A DNA stretch of 64,000 nucleotides from IMG/VR virus record IMGVR_UViG_3300034095_000254; one strand, given 5' to 3'. How positions within the stretch are numbered: the first letter of the stretch is position 1; each line of letters starts with the position of its first letter. The notes beneath the pieces were generated by a model. It saw only the letters and a program-made list of their open reading frames with translations. It did not search any database and was not told the origin of the DNA. This document shows positions 18,717 to 25,359 of this stretch, one piece after another. The position numbers and the translations under genes are program-made. Source of the DNA: a virus.

Positions 18717-18791
18717 TGGTGGAGGATGGGAGGATCGAACTCCCACTTCATGCTTGCAAAGCACATGTGCTCCCATTATCACTAATCCCCC
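18717..18791 (-). tRNA. tRNA-Ala(TGC)
   Basis: Loop TTTGCAA, G3:U70, CCA. Confidence 0.92.
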
Positions 18792-18796
18792 AATAC

Positions 18797-18872
18797 TGGC
18801 TCCACAGGGTGGGCTCGAACCACCGACCAAATGATTAACAGTCATCTACTCTACCGACTGAGCTACTGCGGA
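18797..18872 (-). tRNA. tRNA-Asn(GTT)
   Basis: Loop CTGTTAA, CCA. Confidence 0.93.
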
Positions 18873-18878
18873 ATAATC

Positions 18879-19115
18879 TTAATACAATCTATCAGGCATT
18901 GACTGCTGTGCTAGTTTCTTCTTCCAGCGTTTCTTTGCAGCACTCTTTGCCATTTTTCTTTTCGTGGTTGGTTTAATGTATGCTTGTCTTTCTCTGATAT
19001 CCATTAACAATCCACTTTCTTCTATGTTCTTTTTGAATTGTCTGAATGCTTTCTCAAACTTACCTTCTTCAACCACAACAACACTACCAAATTCTTTAAC
19101 TTTCTTACCTTTCAT
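18879..19115 (-). CDS. rpsU: Ribosomal protein bS21
   Basis: FEKAFRQFKK..EESGLL.DIRERQAYIKPTTKRK.AKSAAKKR. Confidence 0.9.
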   Translation of the reverse strand: MKGKKVKEFGSVVVVEEGKFEKAFRQFKKNIEESGLLMDIRERQAYIKPTTKRKMAKSAAKKRWKKKLAQQSMPDRLY

Positions 19116-19148
19116 GTTTCTCAACAGTTGTCTCCTAGTTATTTTATC

Positions 19149-19222
19149 TGGTGCCCCATGACAGAATCGAACTGCCATTACCTGATTACAAAACAGGTGT
19201 TCTACCATTTAACTAATAGGGC
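19149..19222 (-). tRNA. tRNA-Thr(TGT)
   Basis: Loop TTTGTAA, CCA. Confidence 0.92.
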
Positions 19223-19862
19223 ATAACTCATTTACAAAATCTAATAACAATGTATGATGTCTTCCATCATTCCAATGTTTGTTTATGTATTGCCATGGTT
19301 TCTCATACCAATACAAAGGTGCTTCTGGATGGCAACCTATCAATCCTATTCTTCCTTGTATGATTGCCATTGGATCACCATTGGCATATCGTGCGATTGT
19401 TTTGAATTTATCTTCTTCACCAATTAGTGCACAACCATCATAAAAGTACATTTGTTCTTTTGTGTCATTCCATTCTATCTCAGTCACTGTTCCATAACTT
19501 CTACGAACAGTGGCATTTGGTCTCTTTATGTACTGAACTGGACTGACATCAGTAAGTATATCGAAATACCTGCTTCCAGCCCAATAAGCACCCATGCAGA
19601 TGCCAAGATAGTGACCACCACCATCCAAGAATCTGGCGATTCGATTCGCTCTTGTTCTAGTGAAGAAATTAGGATAACTGTCGCTATCACCAATACCACC
19701 AGGAAAAGCAATAATGTCAATATTGTCAAAGAAATTATCATCATCTAATTCCTTCTCAGTAAAAATTCTTATCTGATACTCTGACGATAACGAATGTACC
19801 ATCGCAAATGCACAGTCTTCTGAGCACTCAGGATGATGCAAGTATAATGCCATTCGTTTCAT
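19209..19862 (-). CDS. BPL_N / class I glutamine amidotransferase-like protein
   Basis: FPGG, GGHYLGICMGAY, GCHPE; stop lies inside tRNA-Thr(TGT). Confidence 0.8.
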   Translation of the reverse strand: MKRMALYLHHPECSEDCAFAMVHSLSSEYQIRIFTEKELDDDNFFDNIDIIAFPGGIGDSDSYPNFFTRTRANRIARFLDGGGHYLGICMGAYWAGSRYFDILTDVSPVQYIKRPNATVRRSYGTVTEIEWNDTKEQMYFYDGCALIGEEDKFKTIARYANGDPMAIIQGRIGLIGCHPEAPLYWYEKPWQYINKHWNDGRHHTLLLDFVNELCPIS

Positions 19863-19878
19863 ACATTTCTACTTATCT

Positions 19879-19952
19879 TGGTCTCGAGTGGAAGAATCGA
19901 ACTTCCGACACATGCTCCCAAAGCACGAATTTTACCATTAAACTAACCCGAG
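19879..19952 (-). tRNA. tRNA-Pro(TGG)
   Basis: Loop TTTGGGA, C1-G72, CCA. Confidence 0.9.
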
Positions 19953-19959
19953 AAAACTT

Positions 19960-20034
19960 TGGTGGTGATGAGTGGAATCGAGCCACTAACCTACTCCGTA
20001 TGAAGGAGTTGCACTACCGTTGTGCTACATCACC
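19960..20034 (-). tRNA. tRNA-Met(CAT), probably elongator
   Basis: Loop TTCATAC, paired 1-72, CCA. Confidence 0.8.
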
Positions 20035-20036
20035 AT

Positions 20037-20120
20037 TGGTGCGCAAGGAGAGACTCGAACTCTCAATCCTTTCGGCACGAGTTTCTAAGACTCGCATGTA
20101 TACCATTCCACCACTTGCGC
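20037..20120 (-). tRNA. tRNA-Leu(TAG)
   Basis: Loop CTTAGAA, long variable arm, CCA. Confidence 0.92.
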
Positions 20121-20123
20121 ATT

Positions 20124-20200
20124 TGGTTGCAGTGGTTGGATTCGAACCAACGATTTCATGGCTTATGAGACCAGACGGATGACCACTTCCATACACTGCG
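20124..20200 (-). tRNA. tRNA-fMet(CAT)-like initiator
   Basis: C1xA72 mismatch, loop CTCATAA; anticodon stem lacks full 3 G-C pairs. Confidence 0.8.
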
Positions 20201-20208
20201 ATAATAAA

Positions 20209-20282
20209 TTTGTGGCAGGTGAGGTATCTAGTCAGGATGCACCCCAACTTGCCCATTCTCCTTTTGCTTTCCTTACCACAAA
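20209..20282 (-). ncRNA. Unidentified stem-closed small RNA between tRNA-Asp and tRNA-fMet
   Basis: Ends pair (TTTGTGGTAAGG / CCTGCCACAAA); no cloverleaf. Confidence 0.45.
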
Positions 20283-20285
20283 ACT

Positions 20286-20360
20286 TGGCGACTCGTGGGA
20301 GAATCGAACTCCCATAAGCGGATAGACAATCCGCTGTAATGACCATTATACTAACGAGCC
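20286..20360 (-). tRNA. tRNA-Asp(GTC)
   Basis: Loop TTGTCTA, G73, CCA. Confidence 0.92.
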
Positions 20361-20367
20361 TAAAAAC

Positions 20368-20460
20368 TGGTGGAGCAACTTGGAGTCGAACCAAGATTGT
20401 TTACCCAGAGGGATCAGATTTACAGTCTGAGGATGCACACGCCATAGCATCAATTGCTCC
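20368..20460 (-). tRNA. tRNA-Tyr(GTA) with extended D-arm
   Basis: Loop CTGTAAA, variable arm, CCA; 93 nt. Confidence 0.88.
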
Positions 20461-20465
20461 AATGA

Positions 20466-20612
20466 TATTAGTTTAGTGTTATCGTGCCAATTTGTCAACA
20501 ATGTAGCTAGCACTGACAAGCGAATAACAGTTATATCAGACAGTGTCGGTCGCACCCTTACTGTCGAGTAGTGATTGATCAGACCACATACCTTGATAAC
20601 ACTAAACTAATA
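20466..20612 (-). ncRNA. Unidentified RNA closed by perfect 18-bp inverted repeat
   Basis: TATTAGTTTAGTGTTATC (20466-20483) / GATAACACTAAACTAATA (20595-20612). Confidence 0.55.
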
Positions 20613-20616
20613 CCAC

Positions 20617-20843
20617 ATTTAATTACACTGGGTGTTTGACAGAATAAACAGTTTTGAACCTGCCCTACCATGCCGTCCATGGACTTGTCTGTCGCACACA
20701 TTACATTCCAAGTTGTTCCAGCGTGACTACTGATCGAAGCCTATGCTGATTTCCATCTTTCGTGTAACTCAGAAGTGCCAGTCCGTCAACTGGTTACTCA
20801 CTATCTGAATTACCTACTGGCTTGGTAACCAATGTAATTAAAT
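20617..20843 (-). ncRNA. Unidentified RNA closed by ~15-bp inverted repeat
   Basis: ATTTAATTACACTGG / CCAATGTAATTAAAT termini. Confidence 0.55.
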
Positions 20844-20844
20844 C

Positions 20845-20919
20845 TGGTACACTGTAGGAGAATCGAACTCCTCTTATGCGGATGAAAACCGCATGTCCTA
20901 ACCGATAGACGAACAGTGC
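20845..20919 (-). tRNA. tRNA-Glu(TTC)
   Basis: Loop TTTTCAT, CCA. Confidence 0.92.
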
Positions 20920-21053
20920 ATAGTGGTAGTTTTTATCAAGAACTACCAAACTTGCTTGCATGGGAGATTGTAGGCGAGTTGCAACAATCAAGCCATCCCT
21001 GCCACACACTGCGTATTTACCGCAGATTTAGAGTGGACTTTTGAAGAACAACT

Positions 21054-21082
21054 ATTATACATCAAAACTTCTTACAAGTCAA
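21054..21082 (-). promoter_or_regulatory. Internal sigma70-like promoter in tRNA array
   Basis: TTGACT-17-TATAAT. Confidence 0.8.
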
Positions 21083-21090
21083 CAACTATC

Positions 21091-21164
21091 TGGAGTAGGT
21101 GGTGAGAATCGAACTCACTTCCATGGGGTTGCAATCCAGTGCCTGTCCAACTGGCTCCACCTAC
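21091..21164 (-). tRNA. tRNA-Cys(GCA)
   Basis: Loop TTGCAAC, U73, CCA. Confidence 0.87.
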
Positions 21165-21173
21165 ATTTATCTC

Positions 21174-21248
21174 TGGCACGGCATGGAGGAATCGAACCAC
21201 CATTCTGGCTTTAGAAGAACCATGTCCTATCCGTTGAACGAATGCCGT
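21174..21248 (-). tRNA. tRNA-Arg(TCT)
   Basis: Loop CTTCTAA, A20, CCA. Confidence 0.92.
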
Positions 21249-21250
21249 AT

Positions 21251-21334
21251 TGGTACGAGTGGAGGGACTTGAACCCTCAATCAATTAAGCGTCAGATTTT
21301 AAGTCTGATGTGTATACCATTCCACCACACTCGC
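21251..21334 (-). tRNA. tRNA-Leu(TAA)
   Basis: Loop CTTAAAA, variable arm, CCA. Confidence 0.92.
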
Positions 21335-21343
21335 AATAACTCT

Positions 21344-21372
21344 ATTATACATCAAACAATCTTGCAAGTCAA
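21344..21372 (-). promoter_or_regulatory. Internal sigma70-like promoter in tRNA array
   Basis: TTGACT-17-TATAAT. Confidence 0.8.
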
Positions 21373-21447
21373 TGGTGGGCTGACTGTGAATTGAACACAG
21401 ACTCAATGAATTATGAGTTCACTGCTTTACCATTAAGCTACCAGCCC
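21373..21447 (-). tRNA. tRNA(CAT), probably Ile2 (lysidine)
   Basis: Loop CTCATAA, GGGC acceptor; third CAT tRNA in array. Confidence 0.75.
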
Positions 21448-21452
21448 ATGTT

Positions 21453-21539
21453 TGGCGGAAGATACAGGAATCGAACCTGTCAGCCCATTTCTGAACGGAA
21501 GTTTAGCAAACTTCTGTCGCACCTTGCAACGCATCTTCC
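21453..21539 (-). tRNA. tRNA-Ser(GCT)
   Basis: Loop TTGCTAA, long variable arm, G73. Confidence 0.9.
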
Positions 21540-21676
21540 AATTCTTTAATCCTATTTGCTGCTTCTTCTAGCAAATCCGATATTCTATCAGGCTTACCTT
21601 CTTGAACAGATTTTCTACTTTGTATTTGTCTACGAATTTCAGCACGCTTTTGTAAACGATAAACTAAATCATCCAT
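21503..21676 (-). CDS. Hypothetical protein overlapping tRNA-Ser(GCT)
   Basis: AAGGAG RBS, MDDLVYRLQKRAEIRRQI...DLLEEAANRI; stop in the tRNA anticodon loop. Confidence 0.7.
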   Translation of the reverse strand: MDDLVYRLQKRAEIRRQIQSRKSVQEGKPDRISDLLEEAANRIKELEDALQGATEVC

Positions 21677-21694
21677 AACATTCTCCTTATATTT

Positions 21695-21769
21695 TGGTGC
21701 GCCATGATGGAATCGAACCACCATCCTGAGTTTCGAAGACTCTAATTCTATCCGTTGAACTAATGACGC
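21695..21769 (-). tRNA. tRNA-Arg(TCG)
   Basis: Loop CTTCGAA, A20, CCA. Confidence 0.9.
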
Positions 21770-21775
21770 AAAACT

Positions 21776-21850
21776 TGGTACCTCGTGACAGATTCGAACT
21801 GCCGACCTTCTCCGTGTAAAGGAGACATTCTACCACTGAAATAACGAGGC
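21776..21850 (-). tRNA. tRNA-Val(TAC)
   Basis: Loop TTTACAC, CCA. Confidence 0.92.
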
Positions 21851-21858
21851 ACATAATA

Positions 21859-21950
21859 TGGCGGAAGACAGAGGAGTCGAACCCCATCCGATTTCTCAGA
21901 ACCCAGTTTTCAAGGCTGGTCGCAGGACCAACCCCGCTGCATTATCTTCC
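21859..21950 (-). tRNA. tRNA-Ser(TGA)
   Basis: Loop CTTGAAA, variable arm, G73; atypical D-arm. Confidence 0.87.
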
Positions 21951-21957
21951 ATAACTT

Positions 21958-22032
21958 TGGTTGCCAATAGTGGTAACGATCCACTCACCTATCGCTTATC
22001 AAGCGATTGCTCTACCTCTGAGCTAATTGGCA
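21958..22032 (-). tRNA. tRNA-Ile(GAT)
   Basis: Loop TTGATAA; atypical T-loop ATCGTTA. Confidence 0.87.
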
Positions 22033-22039
22033 ATAATCT

Positions 22040-22115
22040 TGGTGCTGCCTAGTAGAATCGAACTACTTTCCGAGGATCTTCAATCCCCTGCTATGACCAC
22101 ATCAGCTAAAGCAGC
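22040..22115 (-). tRNA. tRNA-Phe(GAA)
   Basis: Loop TTGAAGA, CCA. Confidence 0.9.
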
Positions 22116-22125
22116 AAGTATTCTT

Positions 22126-22200
22126 TGGGGTGTCGTATGAGAATTGAACTCATGATGACGGAATCACAATCCGTAGTTTTACCACTAAACTAACAACACC
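22126..22200 (-). tRNA. tRNA-His(GTG)
   Basis: Loop TTGTGAT, G-1:C73. Confidence 0.92.
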
Positions 22201-22205
22201 ATAAT

Positions 22206-22279
22206 TGGTAGGAGCACAGAGAATTGAACTCTGGTTAATAGGTTAAAAGCCTACTACTTTACCACTAAGTTATACTCCC
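22206..22279 (-). tRNA. tRNA-Lys(TTT)
   Basis: Loop CTTTTAA, CCA. Confidence 0.92.
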
Positions 22280-22345
22280 AAACAGATGCGCACTACATGG
22301 ACATGAGCCCACTAGTCACCTTTTGAGTTAGAGTGCGCATTTGTT
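22280..22345 (-). ncRNA. Stem-closed spacer RNA between tRNA-Gln and tRNA-Lys
   Basis: AAACAGATGCGCACT / AGTGCGCATTTGTTT inverted repeat fills the whole spacer. Confidence 0.5.
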
Positions 22346-22419
22346 TGGCAGGGGATACAAGAATCGAACTTGTAATCTCGGAATCAAAATCCGATGTTAT
22401 ACCACTTAACTAATCCCCA
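22346..22419 (-). tRNA. tRNA-Gln(TTG)
   Basis: Loop TTTTGAT, G73, CCA; first tRNA of the array. Confidence 0.92.
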
Positions 22420-22467
22420 ACAGAATCCCGAATTGTAAAAGAACAATATTACTAGCACGATGGCTAT

Positions 22468-22506
22468 AAAACAAAAAACCCTCTGGACTTTCATCTCAGA
22501 GGGTTT
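22468..22506 (-). terminator. Intrinsic terminator (attenuator) upstream of tRNA array
   Basis: AAACCCTCTG-11nt-CAGAGGGTTT followed by TTTGTTTT. Confidence 0.85.
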
Positions 22507-22548
22507 GGGTAAGTAGACTGGTGTCAGTTACTTCTTATCCAAACCCTC
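22499..22548 (-). promoter_or_regulatory. Antiterminator hairpin, mutually exclusive with terminator
   Basis: GAGGGTTTGGATAAG (22548-22534) pairs 14/15 with CTTACCCAAACCCTC (22513-22499), which includes the terminator 5' arm. Confidence 0.8.
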
Positions 22549-22653
22549 GGCATCCTCAATCGCATTATATCCAAATGATGTGCGTGAGCATGTCCAGCCA
22601 CTTAATAGCGGGAGATGTCTTTGCATTTGTTTGGATATCATTTTCGATTTCAT
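22528..22653 (-). CDS. Putative attenuator leader peptide (41 aa, leaderless)
   Basis: MKSKMISKQMQRHLPLLSGWTCSRTSFGYNAIEDAEGLDKK*; 19 amino acids, 31 distinct codons; ATG 6 nt after TATAAT; last codons cover antiterminator 5' arm. Confidence 0.75.
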   Translation of the reverse strand: MKSKMISKQMQRHLPLLSGWTCSRTSFGYNAIEDAEGLDKK

Positions 22654-22659
22654 GATTGA

Positions 22660-22688
22660 ATTATACTACACCTTTGATTATTTGTCAA
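22660..22688 (-). promoter_or_regulatory. Consensus sigma70 promoter of leader/tRNA operon
   Basis: TTGACA-17-TATAAT-6-ATG. Confidence 0.88.
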
Positions 22689-22756
22689 GCACTATCTGAA
22701 ATAACCTTACATCTTGTAGGGTTTTCTTTCAGACAGTAATCTATTTAGTCACTATT

Positions 22757-23206
22757 TTAGTTCACTATTGAATTAAAGTCAACTTTTTCAACATTTATTT
22801 TACATTTTTGCAAGAAAGATACACCATCCTCGTCTCTGTAAGAGTGACGATAGTAAACTTTATCTATACCTGCACCATGAATTAACTTAGCACAATGAAT
22901 GCAAGGAGCATGAGTGCAGAATAAACTGGAGCCATTGCCTGATTCACCATCACGAGCCAATTTGATAATTGCGTTTGCCTCTGCATGTATAACCTCATCT
23001 TTTGTTACTGTTGTAATTGTGTCATCTGAATGTTGCACGATGTTCTCACATTCGTTTGTCCATCCAGCTGGCATACCATTGTATCCGATTGAAATGATAC
23101 GATTGTCTTTTACGACAACCGCACCAACCTGCAATCGCTTTGCACTGGACAACTGGGCGAATCTCTCCGCAGTGTCCATGAATGCATCAATCCATTTTTG
23201 TTTCAT
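22757..23206 (-). CDS. dCMP deaminase
   Basis: GYNG, HAEANA, PCIHC. Confidence 0.92.
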   Translation of the reverse strand: MKQKWIDAFMDTAERFAQLSSAKRLQVGAVVVKDNRIISIGYNGMPAGWTNECENIVQHSDDTITTVTKDEVIHAEANAIIKLARDGESGNGSSLFCTHAPCIHCAKLIHGAGIDKVYYRHSYRDEDGVSFLQKCKINVEKVDFNSIVN

Positions 23207-23856
23207 CGTACTACTGCTTGTCCTACGACTGCTCCAGGTTTCTGTAATGCTTCATCACGCTTGCGTTTATATTCTTCATTGTCCACTTGCATCAACTGCA
23301 TTGTATTTGGCGCAACTGCAGATACCTTTGGTTCATCTTCCAACTCTTTGAACTTGTCTTCACGATTCTTGTTAGCGTTAGCTGGTTGTGTCAATCGTTT
23401 AGCATCTTCTGTTGCAATCTTAAACTGCACATATGCACGATACACATCACCCTCTTTGAACACAGCGATGTTCTCTCGTTTGAACATGCCAAGTGCTTGC
23501 TTCACACGAACCTTTGATACACGATCGATCTCTCGTTCAACAGCAGAACCAGATCCAGCAGTTTCAATTGTGGACTCACGAGTAACAGAATCAACATCGG
23601 TCTTTAGTCGTGCTGCAAGTTGAATCTTGGCATTGAGTGTTGCCTTGTCAATTGCAAACTGCATATCTTTCGATACATCAGTCGCAGTGACCACGATAAA
23701 CTTCGTGTCATCTGGATCTTTTGCAAGATACCATTGAGGAATGTTATCGAGTTTGTTGGCTGGAATCTCAACTGTTTTGTTGGGGTCTGCCTTAAAGGTT
23801 GAACATCCTGATAAGGCTATCACAGATGCCATTGTACAAATCATAATATATTTCAT
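23203..23856 (-). CDS. Lipoprotein, LPP20-like
   Basis: Lipobox LSGC; IPQWY; AIDKATLNAKIQLA. Confidence 0.7.
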   Translation of the reverse strand: MKYIMICTMASVIALSGCSTFKADPNKTVEIPANKLDNIPQWYLAKDPDDTKFIVVTATDVSKDMQFAIDKATLNAKIQLAARLKTDVDSVTRESTIETAGSGSAVEREIDRVSKVRVKQALGMFKRENIAVFKEGDVYRAYVQFKIATEDAKRLTQPANANKNREDKFKELEDEPKVSAVAPNTMQLMQVDNEEYKRKRDEALQKPGAVVGQAVVR

Positions 23857-23857
23857 T

Positions 23858-24577
23858 TCAAATTCTCCGTTTAATCACAAAATTGTGGTACACTACTCGC
23901 CTAGCATTGATAGGCAATGACGAAATCTGTCGATAAATCTCATCTCTCGTCATACTGCTTCTAAAAGTAATCTTAACTTTGGAAAATATTGCCATCAGTG
24001 TATCTTTGCTTTGTGGATCATTAGACATAATGTCTGCGTTCCACCAGATACCATTTGGTAATACTAACTTCCCATCAATAAGATTGCTCTTAATTCCATC
24101 ATAAGGATACATTTGATGCATCTTGTCTCCGTAAACACTGAACAAGTATACATACAATGGCTCTTTAGTAATAACATCAAACTTGTATCGTTCTCCATTG
24201 ACTGCAATGTTACTGGCATTCTCAATGTCTCCTGCCAGTTGTCTGCTTGGTTCAATCTCAACCTTAACTTCAACAACACATGTATCTACAAATTTACTTT
24301 TCTTCGGTTTAATCTTTTCTGTTATAACTCTCTTCAGAGTACCAGCAGATTCAACCTCAGTCTTCTTAATATATTCGCAGTCAACACCTTCTGCATTTCT
24401 TTCTCTGCAAATCTGTTGCTTCTTTACTTCAAACTCTTTCTCAGCGTATCGTTCGATCGCATCACTGACTGCAAATGCTTTTGCTAACTCACAGTCAGGT
24501 GCTTCACCAGTTCCAAACGAAACATCTGCGTAGGCATTGGCACAAAGCACCAACCATAATATAGCAAACTTCTTCAC
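23858..24577 (-). CDS. Secreted protein (DUF4384-like C-terminus)
   Basis: Signal peptide AYA; YVYLF...MYP. Confidence 0.55.
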   Translation of the reverse strand: MKKFAILWLVLCANAYADVSFGTGEAPDCELAKAFAVSDAIERYAEKEFEVKKQQICRERNAEGVDCEYIKKTEVESAGTLKRVITEKIKPKKSKFVDTCVVEVKVEIEPSRQLAGDIENASNIAVNGERYKFDVITKEPLYVYLFSVYGDKMHQMYPYDGIKSNLIDGKLVLPNGIWWNADIMSNDPQSKDTLMAIFSKVKITFRSSMTRDEIYRQISSLPINARRVVYHNFVIKRRI

Positions 24578-24578
24578 A

Positions 24579-25292
24579 TTATGCCTTTGAATCCTCGATG
24601 ATTTTATCTAATGCTGCAGCTGCATCCCAGTGCTCTTCAATGAGACCTCGCCACTTAACCACTTCAACTTCGTCACCATCCCAACGACTCCAAGTCGTAC
24701 CATCCCAATTACAATACTGTGGATGTTCGTACTGCGTAGTTGTTACTTCATAGCGACCAACTTTGTCTGGATTAGTTGCAACACCATACCAGTCTGTTCG
24801 TTCCAAGGCATTGAGTTCTTGTTCGAACTCTTCCTCTTCGTATCGTTCTAACTCTTCAATAGCATTGGTAAAGTCAAGAATGTCCTCAGGTAATTCTTCA
24901 ATCGAAGCACGATCTGTCCAATCCATTTCAAAGTCTTCGTTAAAGCCATCTTCGAAACGACCTGCAAATCCCATTCCAGGTTCATGATACAATGCACGAA
25001 CAGACCAACCTTCTGTCTCTAAGTGTTCATACAAAGCAATTGGAGGAGACCAAGCAGAATCAAAGTGCATGAGGATGGTGTTATCACCATCTCGTTCCCA
25101 ATCCATCATGGAAACATCCCACTTACAACCCCAATTCTCACAAGACCAACCATAGTCCCACTCACCAGTAGGACTTGGTCGCAAATAGTTAAATGGTTGA
25201 GCATCTTCCTTTAAAAGTTCTTGCTCAAGACCATCAATCACTTCTTTACTATCGTGGTGCAATGTTGCACTGTTATAACACCAATTCGGCAT
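24579..25292 (-). CDS. DUF1281/Api92-like ferredoxin-fold protein
   Basis: MPNWC.N, ENWGCKWD, FDSAWSPP, EPGMGFAG. Confidence 0.8.
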   Translation of the reverse strand: MPNWCYNSATLHHDSKEVIDGLEQELLKEDAQPFNYLRPSPTGEWDYGWSCENWGCKWDVSMMDWERDGDNTILMHFDSAWSPPIALYEHLETEGWSVRALYHEPGMGFAGRFEDGFNEDFEMDWTDRASIEELPEDILDFTNAIEELERYEEEEFEQELNALERTDWYGVATNPDKVGRYEVTTTQYEHPQYCNWDGTTWSRWDGDEVEVVKWRGLIEEHWDAAAALDKIIEDSKA

Positions 25293-25327
25293 AATTCACT
25301 CCATTCATAATGTGTTCAGTTAATATA

Positions 25328-25356
25328 ATTATACTACAAACAGTCTTGCATGTCAA
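25328..25356 (-). promoter_or_regulatory. Sigma70-like promoter
   Basis: TTGACA-17-TATAAT. Confidence 0.85.
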
Positions 25357-25359
25357 GCG

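Noticed and set aside
20466-20843. MITE/IS elements explaining the terminal inverted repeats
   Set aside because: No target-site duplications or transposase, the repeats are unrelated to each other, and they fit tRNA processing boundaries.
21859-21950. Possible tRNA-Sec (GGAAGAT 5' end, long arms)
   Set aside because: Anticodon is UGA (Ser), not UCA; acceptor stem is 7 bp.
19808-22052. ORFs such as 20014-20394, 20346-20555, 20794-21009, 21072-21284, 21687-21887
   Set aside because: They run through tRNA genes and have no RBS or protein-like features.
17652-22419. Suppressor tRNA or stop-codon recoding
   Set aside because: No CUA/UUA/UCA anticodons found; genes read intact in the standard code.
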